Shown piece by piece: positions 9,736 to 19,679 of a stretch of 22,425 bases of DNA; positions within the stretch are counted from its first letter, which is position 1; the number at the start of each line of letters is the position of its first letter. A program made the translations under genes and the position numbers. The notes below the pieces were generated by a model that was given only the letters and a program-made list of their open reading frames with translations, was not told the DNA's origin and made no database searches. This stretch comes from Octopus sinensis (taxonomy: Eukaryota), in contig NW_021837005.1 of assembly GCF_006345805.1 (NCBI RefSeq), positions 1 through 22,425 on the forward strand, in the 5' to 3' direction.

Positions 9736-9799
9736 CCCTCAGTTACTATCACTGACAACTGAAGTTTTCTTTTTGACTTTATATTGCGTCTAGCCATCC

Positions 9800-9980
9800 T
9801 AGTTTATATATATATAGAAACATATATATATGTATATTTATATATATATATATATATATATGTATACATACGTACATACATACATACATATATATATACA
9901 TACATATACATACATATATACATATATATATACATACATATACATACATATATACTATATATATATATATATATATATAT
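9800..9980. repeat. (TA)n/(TACA)n microsatellite
   Basis: Visible directly. Confidence 0.95.
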
Positions 9981-10058
9981 AATAAATATTAGGGAATAAA
10001 TCCAATTTACAGGGAAAAAAATCAGATTTAGGATTAAATCCATTTTATAGTAAAATAT

Positions 10059-10309
10059 TATAAAATATTATTAGAGACAAAACCACTATTTTGCAAAACA
10101 AACAAGGAAGACTTAATCAATACATAAAATTTAATAAATAATCAAAAAACCGCCACTACAATCGTTTCTTGTCTTGATCGACAATCTTCAGGTGGACTTC
10201 CAATAAGTCAGTTTCAAATTATGACTATTTATTAAAATTTTTTATTATGGATTAAGTCTTTCTTGTTTGTTTTGCAAAATAGTGGTTTTGTCTCTAATAA
10301 TATTTTATA
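10059..10309. mobile_element. Foldback Penelope-like element: ~82-bp inverted arms around an 85-bp spacer holding a hammerhead
   Basis: Arms at 10059-10140 and 10226-10309. The 58-bp core (10061-10118) matches the reverse complement of the right arm with one mismatch. The right arm abuts (TA)n. Confidence 0.75.
10153..10195 (-). ncRNA. Minimal type I hammerhead ribozyme motif with intact catalytic core
   Basis: CCAC-CUGAAGA-UUGUC-GAUCAA-GACAA-GAAAC-GAUU-GUA-GUGG. Stem I CCAC/GUGG, 5-bp stem II, self-complementary stem III (ACGAUUGU), GUA triplet. Confidence 0.75.
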
Positions 10310-10633
10310 TATATATATATATATATATGTATACAACGTACATACATACTATATATATATACATACTATATACACATATATATATACATACACATACATA
10401 TATACACACCACACACACACACACACACACATATACATATATATTATATAATATATAATATATATATATATAATATTATGTATATATATGTATATATGTA
10501 TGTATATATATGTATGTATGTATGTATATATATATAAGGTGTATTACGTTAGTATCGGATTACAAAATAGTGATTATTAAATAACTGTCTAACCGTCCCC
10601 GTTGTTGATTCTGTTATTTAAAATAAAAAATAA

Positions 10634-10674
<41 letters not shown>

Positions 10675-10698
10675 GCATGTGTATATATTTATCTATCT

Positions 10699-10746
<48 letters not shown>

Positions 10747-10782
10747 CTATCTATCTATCTATCTATCCATCTATATACAGAC

Positions 10783-10820
<38 letters not shown>
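10305..10820. repeat. Compound (TA)n, (CA)n, (TATG)n, (TATC)n microsatellites
   Basis: Visible directly, with a short unique spacer at ~10535-10640. Confidence 0.92.
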
Positions 10821-10821
<1 letters not shown>

Positions 10822-10992
10822 CAAAAATTAAATAAATGGCACACACTAAGTACCGATATTCACTGGAAAATAGCGACGTAATAATACGACGCTAATGTAT
10901 AGCTAATTATACATTAGCGTCGTATTATTACGTTCGCTATTTTCCAGTAAATATCGGCACTTAGTTGTGCCATTTATTTAATTTTGTGTATA
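10816..10992. repeat. Near-perfect 177-bp palindrome (~86-bp arms, 6-nt loop), foldback/MITE-like
   Basis: Arms at 10816-10901 and 10908-10992, loop GCTAAT. About five differences between arms by hand alignment. Confidence 0.92.
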
Positions 10993-11042
10993 AATTTAAC
11001 CTCACAGCTATCCTTTACTGGAAAGCCACTCTCGTATTGCAT

Positions 11043-11100
<58 letters not shown>

Positions 11101-11102
11101 AT

Positions 11103-11192
11103 ATAGTCAATCCAAACCTGAACAAGCAAGACAAAACAATGCGAGTATGTGGAATAAGTACTGCGTTATTGGACGCCGAGGAAAGGAAACAA
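11103..11192. mobile_element. Truncated relative of the 969-1180 element, again abutting a TA/TG array
   Basis: TCAATCCAAAC..AAAACAATGCGAG..GTGGAA..TATTGGACGC.GAGGAA resembles the reverse complement of 1095-1178 (TTAATCCAGAC..ACAAAGCGAGGACGTGGAA..TATTGGACGCTCAGGAA). Confidence 0.5.
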
Positions 11193-11320
11193 ACACACAC
11201 ACACACACACCACACACACACACACCACACCACTCACCACACACAACACACATACACACACACGCACACACACACTCGCGCACCAAACACACACGCACAT
11301 TTAGGTGCACACTCACTCAC

Positions 11321-11452
11321 ATGATCCTGTTCTAAATCTGCATTGAGACACTTAAAAACGAATTTGTACATCCGTGTGTAAAGAATTTCTGTGTTATGGA
11401 ATTGTGTTTCAGTAATGAGATCACTTAATAAGTGGGCATGGCCGTTCTTCCT
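11321..11452 (-). CDS. Candidate internal host exon (132 nt, phase 0/0), unidentified protein
   Basis: Acceptor TTGTCTCCTTCTAAG and donor CAT|GTGAGT. Only one of three frames is open: RKNGHAHLLSDLITETQFHNTEILYTRMYKFVFKCLNADLEQDH. It is an island of unique sequence among microsatellites. Confidence 0.5.
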
Positions 11453-11984
11453 CTTAGAAGGAGACAACAAACAAAGCTATTGTGTCGTTTCCTTTTTTCC
11501 GGATAAGATTGTTGAAACTATCATAGCTAATCCGAAACTGTCAGATCGGTTAGTCTTTTGGACGTAGAAGTCTTTAGCAATGCCGACCTGGAAACGTAAT
11601 AGTTTTCTACTTTGGAATATTTTGATCCCATCAATCAAACAGATTTTTACACTGTGTATGTAAACAATATTTTTTTTTAAATTCTTATTCTTTCCTTCCG
11701 TCTAATTACTGTATCCACATATGCTGATTAAATGTGTTAGTGGTAATTAATGTCTATCCTAATTATTTGATAATGTATTTTTGATGTTTCATGTTTTCTC
11801 TATGCAGCTCAACTCTCTTTCTTCCTCTCTCTCTCTCTCTCTATTATTCTCCTCTCGATATCTCTCTTCTTACATATAGTCACATATATATAGATACACA
11901 AACACGCACACACGCACACATCTATATATTGTATATATAGACATATATATGTAAATAAATAACTAAACACACATACATATATTC

Positions 11985-12095
11985 TTAACCTCGTGGTCTC
12001 TGGTTCAATCTCCTTGTGTGACACGATACGCAACTATTTTCGTCAATAGATTCAAATCGATCAATGTTACTGAAATCCCTCTTGTATACATGCGT
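11985..12095 (+). mobile_element. Degenerate tRNA-derived SINE fragment running into a microsatellite
   Basis: B-box-like GGTTCAATCTCC followed by a SINE-body-like segment and a TG/TA tail. Confidence 0.35.
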
Positions 12096-12099
12096 GTGT

Positions 12100-12294
12100 A
12101 TGTACGTGTGTTTATGCGTATATATGTATGTATGTGTGTCTGTGTGTGTATGTATATATGTGGTTGTCTGTGTGTGTGTGCGCACGCGTGTGTGTTTGCA
12201 TATATGTTTGCATATATATGTATATATTTATATATATCAACCTATATATAAATATATGTAAGTATGTATGTACATATATATGTGTATATATATA

Positions 12295-12329
<35 letters not shown>

Positions 12330-12400
12330 TATGTATGTTATATATATATATATTTATATATATACATACATATACAGACATAGAAGAGTGTGTGTGAGAA
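12100..12400. repeat. Compound (TG)n/(TA)n microsatellite
   Basis: Visible directly; source of the ORFs at 12018-12564. Confidence 0.95.
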
Positions 12401-13381
12401 AGAGGAGAGAGGGAGATAGACATATATGCATACACTATACATGTATATATCTGTTTATTATGGTGTATTTATCTTTGGACATTTCTCTAAGACCCTTACT
12501 GATTCACCGACCCACTAACATGTGTCTTTTTGTGCTCATGTCCCATATCCTAGCGTTGAGTTAATAGAAACTCACAACATACATACATGACTGAAAAGAA
12601 AGTTTTAAAAAAGACCCCAAGTTTAGATTTTGGCATAAATATCTATAAACCTGTTAAGCCGGACCACTAACACTGCTGCAGTTTAGTGAACATGTACATA
12701 TATATGTATGAGTAAGTGTAACATAACATAATGTATTATAATATAATATAATAATAATAAAATATATACAATATGAAATATATATATATATATAATATAT
12801 ATATATCGATATTTCAAAATCAGACCTTTCAATCCCATTCCACTGCACTTGACAGCATAAACTACCACAAATCGGACTGGGTAGCAATCAGGTAGGTTTA
12901 GTCCTCTATCGATTGTTTGATAGCCATGCGATCTTTACCAGTGATTTCTTTCGGGATACTGTTCAATGAGGCAGCTTTAAGGGAGGTAAAAAACACGTGT
13001 CACTGCTATTCTGTGATGTTAACTTAAATTTCGTTGTGTGTGAATGACATGGAGAACAATATTTAGTTATTTTGCGAAAATAGTCATGATGGTGATGTAG
13101 AGAATAAATTCTGTCGTTAAAGGAATCGAGGCCTGTCGGTTCATGTTGTTTTCATTTTATCTATTTGTCTTCGGATGTGTTGCAATTCTCATAGATTTTT
13201 ACTTTGTGTAAGGAGAATGCAGACACTAGAATGTGATATGTACAAAATGTAAAGATTGAAGGAAGATATCAGGATTGCTGATTGGAATGCAAGAAAGAGT
13301 CATGTGCACATCTTCTGGGCCACATAAGCTTCATCGTTGATGCGTGCACTTCATATTAGGTTATCAACATTTACACTTACT

Positions 13382-13782
13382 AAGGCGGTGAGCTGGCAGA
13401 AACGTTAGCACGCCGGGTGAAATGTTTAGCGGTATTTCGTCTGCCGCTACGTTCTGAGTTCAAATTCCGCCGACGTCGACTTTGCCCTTCATCTTTTCGG
13501 GGTCGATAAATTTAGTACCAGTTACGCACTGTGGTCGATGTAATCGACTCAATACCTTGACTGTCCTTGTTTGTCTCCTCTATGTTTAGCCCCTCCTGGG
13601 TAATAAATAAATAGGTATTTCGTCTGTCTTTACGTTCTGAGTTCAAATTCCGCCGAGGTCGCCTTTGCCTTTCAACTTTTCAGAGTCGATAAATTTAGTA
13701 CCAGTTGCGTACTGGAGTTGATCTAATCGACAAGCCCCCTCTCCCAAAATTTCGGGCCTTCTCCCTAGACTAGAAAAGAATA
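13382..13782 (+). mobile_element. tRNA-derived SINE with a duplicated body
   Basis: A-box-like TGGCAGAAACGTTAG and B box GAGTTCAAATTCC (13456-13468). The ~120-bp body GGTATTTCGTCTG...GTCGATAAATTTAGTACCAGTT is repeated at 13431 and 13614. Confidence 0.85.
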
Positions 13783-14005
13783 TATAATATATACCCTTTC
13801 TCGGCACAAAAAAACCCACCTAAAAACAACTGACCGATAATTATCCTTATTTACATATTCAACAGAACGGAAAACTCAGTAAAACGCAAATAATATATAC
13901 TAAATTATTTAGTTTATCGGAGGGGAAAAATATATAATCTTTCTATTCAAGTAAAAGTTTATATATTTATAAATAAAATATCTATTTAAAAAACCAGAAA
14001 TACGA

Positions 14006-14372
14006 ACTTGGAAATAAATGTTTTGATCAAAATATGGCATTATTACAATTTTTCATTTATTATTGTTACTATTATCATCATTAGTTAATAAATTCAGAAA
14101 TTAAAATTTGTTTATAAATGTATAATCATTTGGTATAATTAAGATAGCATATCTAAAATTAATATCTAATATTTTTACTGGCTGTTAAATAATATTTATA
14201 TTCGTAGTTTAATATTAATTTTAAATATGCTATCTTAATTATACTAAATGATTTTAAATTTATTAATAACTTTTAATTTCTTAATTTATGAATTAATGAT
14301 AATAATAGTAATAATAATAAATGAATTATTGTAGTAATGCCATGTTTTGATCAACAACATTTATTTCCAAGT
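14006..14372. mobile_element. AT-rich MITE/foldback element with ~160-bp inverted arms
   Basis: Arms at 14006-14165 and 14212-14372, roughly 85-90% identical by eye, 46-bp spacer. Confidence 0.75.
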
Positions 14373-14674
14373 ATGTATTGGATCTTTTCCTTTTGAACGG
14401 CAGTTTTCAACACAATTTCTAGTTAACTAAACACTTTTAAACTTCGTATACTGGTAGAATGTGTTTATAAAACATCATTTTTTCTTGGCTTTATTGAGTA
14501 AATTCTATATGCTGTAACATATTTCAACCTTAATTTGCATAGATTGGTATTTATTGAAAGAGACAGCTAGGTTTCATTATCTAACATTCTGTAGTGTACA
14601 ACTTGCACAAGTTAATGTGTGAAAAACGAAATAGGAACTTTGAAAGAAATTTCTATAAAAAGTAGTATATATAT

Positions 14675-14720
<46 letters not shown>

Positions 14721-14722
<2 letters not shown>

Positions 14723-15690
14723 GAAAGTCTCGCAGAAAATACAGAACCCCAGCGATGTTGCACACCTGCAGCAGGAGTTGGACTCAATCTACAGATCTGT
14801 TGAGGATAATAATATGCAGTTTAATGCTGAAAAATTCCAGACCCTGCGCTACCAGCATCCAAAACTGAATATTAAACTTACAGGATACACCGGTCCACAG
14901 GGAATTTCAATCCCAGAGCCTAAGTCTGTGAGAGACCTGGGTATCGACATGAGTGATGATACATCTTTCCAAGTGCACATTACTAGGATGGCGACAAAGT
15001 GCAGACGACTGGCTGGGTGGATCTTAAGAACATTCAGAACCAGAGATAAGGAAACCATGATGGTCCTCTGGCGGACATTCGTCCTCAGCCGCCTGGATTA
15101 CTGCTCACAGCTATGGTCACCCACCAGTGTAAAATTAACAGCGGACCTTGAAGCAATCCAGAGAAGATTCACAGAAGATCGTCTCTTTGCAACAGCTCAG
15201 CTACTGGGAAAGGTTGAAACAGCTAAGACTCTACTCCCTGGAGAGAAGACGGGAGAGGTATGCAGATATATATGTCTGGAAGATCCTGGAATGAATTGTG
15301 CCAAATTTTGGCATTGTAATCTACACCAATGCTAGAACGGGACGACACTGCATAGTGCCAAAGATCCCAGCAATGCCATCACGCTTCAGGACCAGCTTCT
15401 GCAACAGCCTGGGTTTCAAGGGCCCACAGCTTTTTAATATTCTCCCAAAGAGTCTGAGGGACTTGCAAAAAGTAGATGAAGCGGTTTTTAAATCAAAGCT
15501 GGACATCTTCCTGTCGAAAGTCCCAGATGAACCTACCTCACGGCAAGAGGTGCAAATGAGAGTAGCTATATCAAACTCCATTCTTCACCAAGTGCCACAT
15601 ATTACATGAGGTTCTTCGCAATAACAGTGTAGCACAAAACGTCGGTGCATCAGCATGGCTCCAGCTCTGAGCTGAAACTAGAGAAAGAAA
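14721..15690 (+). mobile_element. 5'-truncated CR1-group LINE, sister subfamily of the 1269-5880 element, with complete 3' end
   Basis: Starts at TKVSQKIQNP, just after the YADD position. It has a frameshift at ~15173 and a premature TGA at ~15291, and ends VPDEP..SNSILHQ. The 3' UTR carries a CAGCT-CTG-AGCTG hairpin. (TA)n lies on both flanks. Confidence 0.93.
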
Positions 15691-16453
15691 AAATATATAT
15701 ATATATACACGTGCAAACATACAGTTAATTATACCGTGCAACACGACTTTTGTCCTATTGTTTATTCCTATTTGCTTACCTCGAGAAAGTATGGAAAATG
15801 GTTAACATTTCCTTCAAACACACACATTCAAATACATACACGCAAACAGTCGCATACACACCCGCACACGCACATACAGCCTTCATTCCACCGCACACAT
15901 TAAAAGACCGCCCAAATTTACTCTATAGCTCGCTTATATTAACATATCCTGTTTGCATCTCTCTCTATGGAGTTCATAATGAAAGTACCAATCCTATGCG
16001 ATACGTCAGCCGAATTTTATGAACGTAGAGTCCGGATGTTGCGTTGACTGTTCCGGTTCTATCTTTTCTAGAGTTCAAATCCTGCTACGGCCTACTTCGT
16101 TGCTTAATTTAACACAAAACATGGCTTTAAAACTCCATACGGCAACTTGAATTTCATAAGCCGTGTCCACTCTTAAAGGTGTTTTGTCCAGACAATCAGT
16201 TTGAAGATGCATTCCTTCTTCCGTATCCCTTCAGCAACGAGATCTCGCTGAAGGCTTATGTGCAATGCTTTTCCGGTTGTTTAAAGGATAAAACAATGAA
16301 AACTTGTGTCCTTACTCCATGCCAGGCAAGTTTCCAGTGCTCACATCTTCCGCCAGATCCTTCGGCATGTGTGCCCACATACTGCCCTTAATCTATATCT
16401 AAATTGTTTTGTAATATTTTCTCTAATTGTATCAACGTAAATCTATAGAAATA

Positions 16454-17680
16454 TTAGGTTATCAAGAAAGTTCTTGCGGTTTTTAACCTTGAAATTCAGA
16501 TGCTCATATCTCGGCTCAAATAAAACTTTATTAATTGAAATAGACAACAGAATCAACACACTTTTGCCAACGCCAAACAAGTTTCTATGTGCCAGTAGCG
16601 TAAAAATCCTGCGTTCTGTTGGCGATGAAGTCGTTGAAGGCGTGTTTGTCATCGTCTTGGTTTTTGAAGCATTTCTCACGCAGGAGGCTGTCGAGATGCT
16701 TGAAAAAGTGCTATTGGGTAGGCGAGAGGTCTGGTGACTATGGCGGTTCAACTTCTGCAGAGTCAATTGTGCGACGTGCGGCCGAGCGTTGTCGTGGAGA
16801 AGAATTGGTCCTTTTCTATTGTTGTCGGAGTTTCTTATGCATTTCATCCGTTTACTGACAGTACTTCTCCGCCGTAATGATTTCGCATGGATCCAAAAAG
16901 CTGTGATGGATGAGACCGGCCGCAGACCACCAAACAGTCACCATGATCTTCTTTTGGTGCAACGTCGGCTTCGAGAAGTGCCGTGGAGCTTCGTCGGCGT
17001 CCAACCACTTAGCTGAGCGTCGCCGGTTGTCGTAAAGAATCCACTTTTCATCGCAATTCACAATCCGGTTGAGAAACGGTCGTTCCTGTTGCGCAAAAGA
17101 AGGGAAGACGATACTTCAAAACGGCGTCTTTTTTGGTTGTCCTTCAATTTGTGCGGCACCCATTTCTCAAGTATTTTTGTTTTTCCAGTCTCTTTCAAGT
17201 GATTGGAAATTGTCGTATACGTTACGTTTAATCCAGAGGCAAGCTCTCGAACAGCCGTGCGTGGATTGGCTTCGACTAAAGCTCTTAGTTGATTGTTGCC
17301 AACATCCGATGGCCGACCACTACGCTTATCATCATCAAGATTCTCGTCACCGCTACGAAATTTCTTGAACCACCATTGTGCTGTACGTTCATTAGTGGTT
17401 CCTGGGCCAAACGCATCGTTGATCTCGCGAGCTGTTTCAGAACCTTTTCGGCCTAGCTTGAACTGGAATAAGAAAATTATGCGAATTTGCTTTTAGTCCA
17501 TGCTGTATTCAACGTTCCGGAAAAAGGCCTAATTATTCAAAAAGAAAAAGAGTAACACGATTAGCTAGAGCGAAAAAAACGGGCTTCAAAATGATGTATA
17601 AAGTCAAAGTAATTTAACGAAAATTAATTTGAAAATACATCATTTAAAACCCAAATTAGAACTTCCGTAAGAACTTTCTT
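16454..17680 (-). mobile_element. Decayed mariner (Hsmar1/cecropia-like, DD34D)
   Basis: TA then TIR TTAGGTTATCAAGAAAGTTCTTGCGG at 16454. The opposite TIR is truncated by 10 bp at 17680. Confidence 0.95.
16531..17501 (-). pseudogene. Mariner transposase pseudogene
   Basis: HTH region (WFKKFRSG, RSGRP), KWVPH, CDEKW, VWWS, LLHDNARPH, SPDL. Stop at codon 3, further stops, frameshifts and two short deletions. Confidence 0.95.
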
Positions 17681-19296
17681 TATTTCATTACTTTTGCCAT
17701 AAAGGCAGTACATAGAGTAAAGTAGCTTTGCGGGCTGGACGAGGACATTAATGAAATGAATGATAATGAAAGAAAGATTATAAGGATGGGAGAAGACAAA
17801 AAGCGCCCGCCGACTTCTGCTTCTCTAAAACATTGTTCTTTAAAACCAAACACAAAACGAGGTATTAAACCTCTTACAACTTTTACAACTTTTACAACTA
17901 GGTCAGGGCCCCTCAAGTCGTAACTAAACATGTCCTGTCAAACATAAAAAAATACATTATCACTTCTCCCTTCCTCCTCTTTCCGGACCTCCAGTCAAAT
18001 ATCTAGCCGCCTGCAGAGCAGACCACATTGACAGTCGGGGAGTTCAGAAAGAAAGCGAAGTGCCTATTATCAAATGTTTGTGTCACACAGTGCCACAATT
18101 TATGACTCATCCTCAAAATAACTTGTGCCCGCATCCTCTGCTATCCTCCATGCCGCTTCCAAAACCGCATCGAGTTCCGTGTTAGTGTTGCCCGGGTACA
18201 AGCGATATTCCTCATTGAGCTCCTCCAGCTCAAACGTCACGTCGAACGTCGTTGCCTCCACAGCTATCTGCGGAGGCCATTCGGGGTCCTGTGTGAAGGC
18301 TGAAAGTGCTCCCTTATGGTGCTTTTCCATCACCTTTTCAATCTCTCCGCCTCTATGGAAGAAGATCAATACATCGTCTTTTCCCGGGGGCGGGATATTC
18401 AATTCTTTCATTGGCGGCACAGTTCCCACCAACGGTGTTTCTTCTCCTGTCGGTGGCACAACCCCAACCGACGTAGTTCTGGAACATTCCGGTACTATGT
18501 CACCGACTGCCGGCAATGTCCCGTTTCCCTTCCTCTTCCTCTTTTTATTTATTTTCAACTGAGGGAGGGTGCGTCTCGTCCGTGGCCGGAAGATTCGCCT
18601 TTCTCTCCTCATCCCTAGGATTCTTTGGTGAGCACCCATTGTTGCTCACCTTCTTCCTCTTTCGGCCCCTGTTTGAGGAGTCCTCCGCTTCCTCGGCCGT
18701 CTACATTCCATCTTCTACAGGGGTCTCACTTAACTGCTCCGGGATCTTATTTTGTTCCCGGGGACATTTTTTCTTTATATGGCCGGACTCCAGACACCGA
18801 TGACACCTGGGGGGGGGGGCGACCGTCAAGTATCACCGGGTACCTGCAAATATATTCAAAATAAAACCTAAAAAGCGAGAAGAAAGAAGAAATCAAAAGA
18901 AAGTCACAATAAAAAGGAGAAAGTCAAATAAAGTTTAGAAGAAAGTCAATAGTTCAGGAACACAGCAAAAAAAATCTTCCGGCCATTCGGTACTCCCAGG
19001 CTAGGTTGAACCCGGAACGCCACAACTGGAACACAACTTCCACAAAATTGATATACAGATTGTTCAATCTTCGGAGGCAAAACACTCCCCCATACAGCAG
19101 TTCTCACAATTATTAAAGTTCTTCAAAAGGCACAATACAAGCAATAATTGTCATAATTAAGTGAGAAAAATATTCACTCAACTTAAACCGAAGACGAGGA
19201 CACGCCCCACCAAAAATGAATCCAATAAATTCTCAATACATAAAAACAGCAGCCGCCGAGAGCAGGCGAAATTGTTCCAGAGCTGTGCACAAATTA
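17681..19296 (-). mobile_element. 1.6-kb putative non-autonomous retroelement with only a gag/ORF1-like coding region
   Basis: CCHC knuckle CHRCLESGHIKKKC (18764-18805) preceded by DGRPP, then a low-complexity linker and a C-terminal domain. No RT. The 3' end is TGTACTGCCTTTATGGCAAAAGTAATGAAATA joined to AAGAAAG. Confidence 0.55.
18100..18843 (-). pseudogene. Zinc-knuckle (CX2CX4HX4C) ORF1/gag-like protein, disrupted
   Basis: YPVILDGRPP..RCHRCLESGHIKKKCP, with a frameshift in a G11 run (18809-18819), an internal TAG and a frameshift near 18540 into the 18100-18639 ORF (..FFHRGGEIEK..YPGNT..EDES*). Confidence 0.65.
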
Positions 19297-19589
19297 CTGT
19301 TGTTGTCGGAGTTTCTTATGCATTTCATACGTTTACTGACAGTACTTCTCCGCCGTAATGATTTCGCATGGATCCAAAAAGCTGTGATGGATGAGACCGG
19401 CCGCAGACCACCAAACAGTCACCATGATCTTCATTATTCAAAAAGAAAAAGAGTAACACGATTAGATAGAGAGAAAAACGGGCTTTAAAATGATATATAA
19501 AGTCAAAGTAATTTAACGAAAATTAATTTGAAAATACATCATTTAAAACCAAAATTAGAACTTCCATAAGAACTTTCTTGACAACCTAA
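19297..19589 (-). mobile_element. Internally deleted partial copy of the same mariner, with complete TIR + TA
   Basis: 19300-19432 equals 16819-16951 with one mismatch. 19433-19579 matches 17532-17680 with ~7 differences. Full TIR ends at 19589 followed by TA. Confidence 0.93.
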
Positions 19590-19633
19590 TACCTTCTAAA
19601 ACTTTGTGGCAAAAATTTATACCACTATAACCA

Positions 19634-19677
<44 letters not shown>

Positions 19678-19679
<2 letters not shown>

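Noticed and set aside
11000-11040. Minus-strand ..TGG CTTT CCA..GGATAGCTGT resembling a hammerhead stem II/III
   Set aside because: CUGANGA and GAAA cores are absent; at most an old remnant.
11480-11590. Minus-strand VGIAKDFY..SDSFGLAMIVSTILSGKK, kinase-like
   Set aside because: Lacks DFG and the APE segment, has no donor and ends in a stop; likely chance.
162-12887. Many short ORFs rich in YI, VC, HT or MYV repeats
   Set aside because: They are translations of TA, TG and TATG microsatellites, not genes.
16270-16390. Minus-strand GQYVGTHAEGSGGRCEHW, kringle-like
   Set aside because: Spacing is off by one, remaining cysteines are absent and the acceptor is weak.
18128-18160. AW(K/R)IAED shared between LINE ORF1 (RAWKIAEDD) and the zinc-knuckle ORF (AAWRIAEDA)
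   Set aside because: Seven residues in unrelated contexts with no flanking similarity; treated as coincidence.
18100-18639. Possible endogenous DNA-virus protein
   Set aside because: No helicase, capsid or polymerase motifs; the upstream CCHC knuckle points to a retroelement ORF1.
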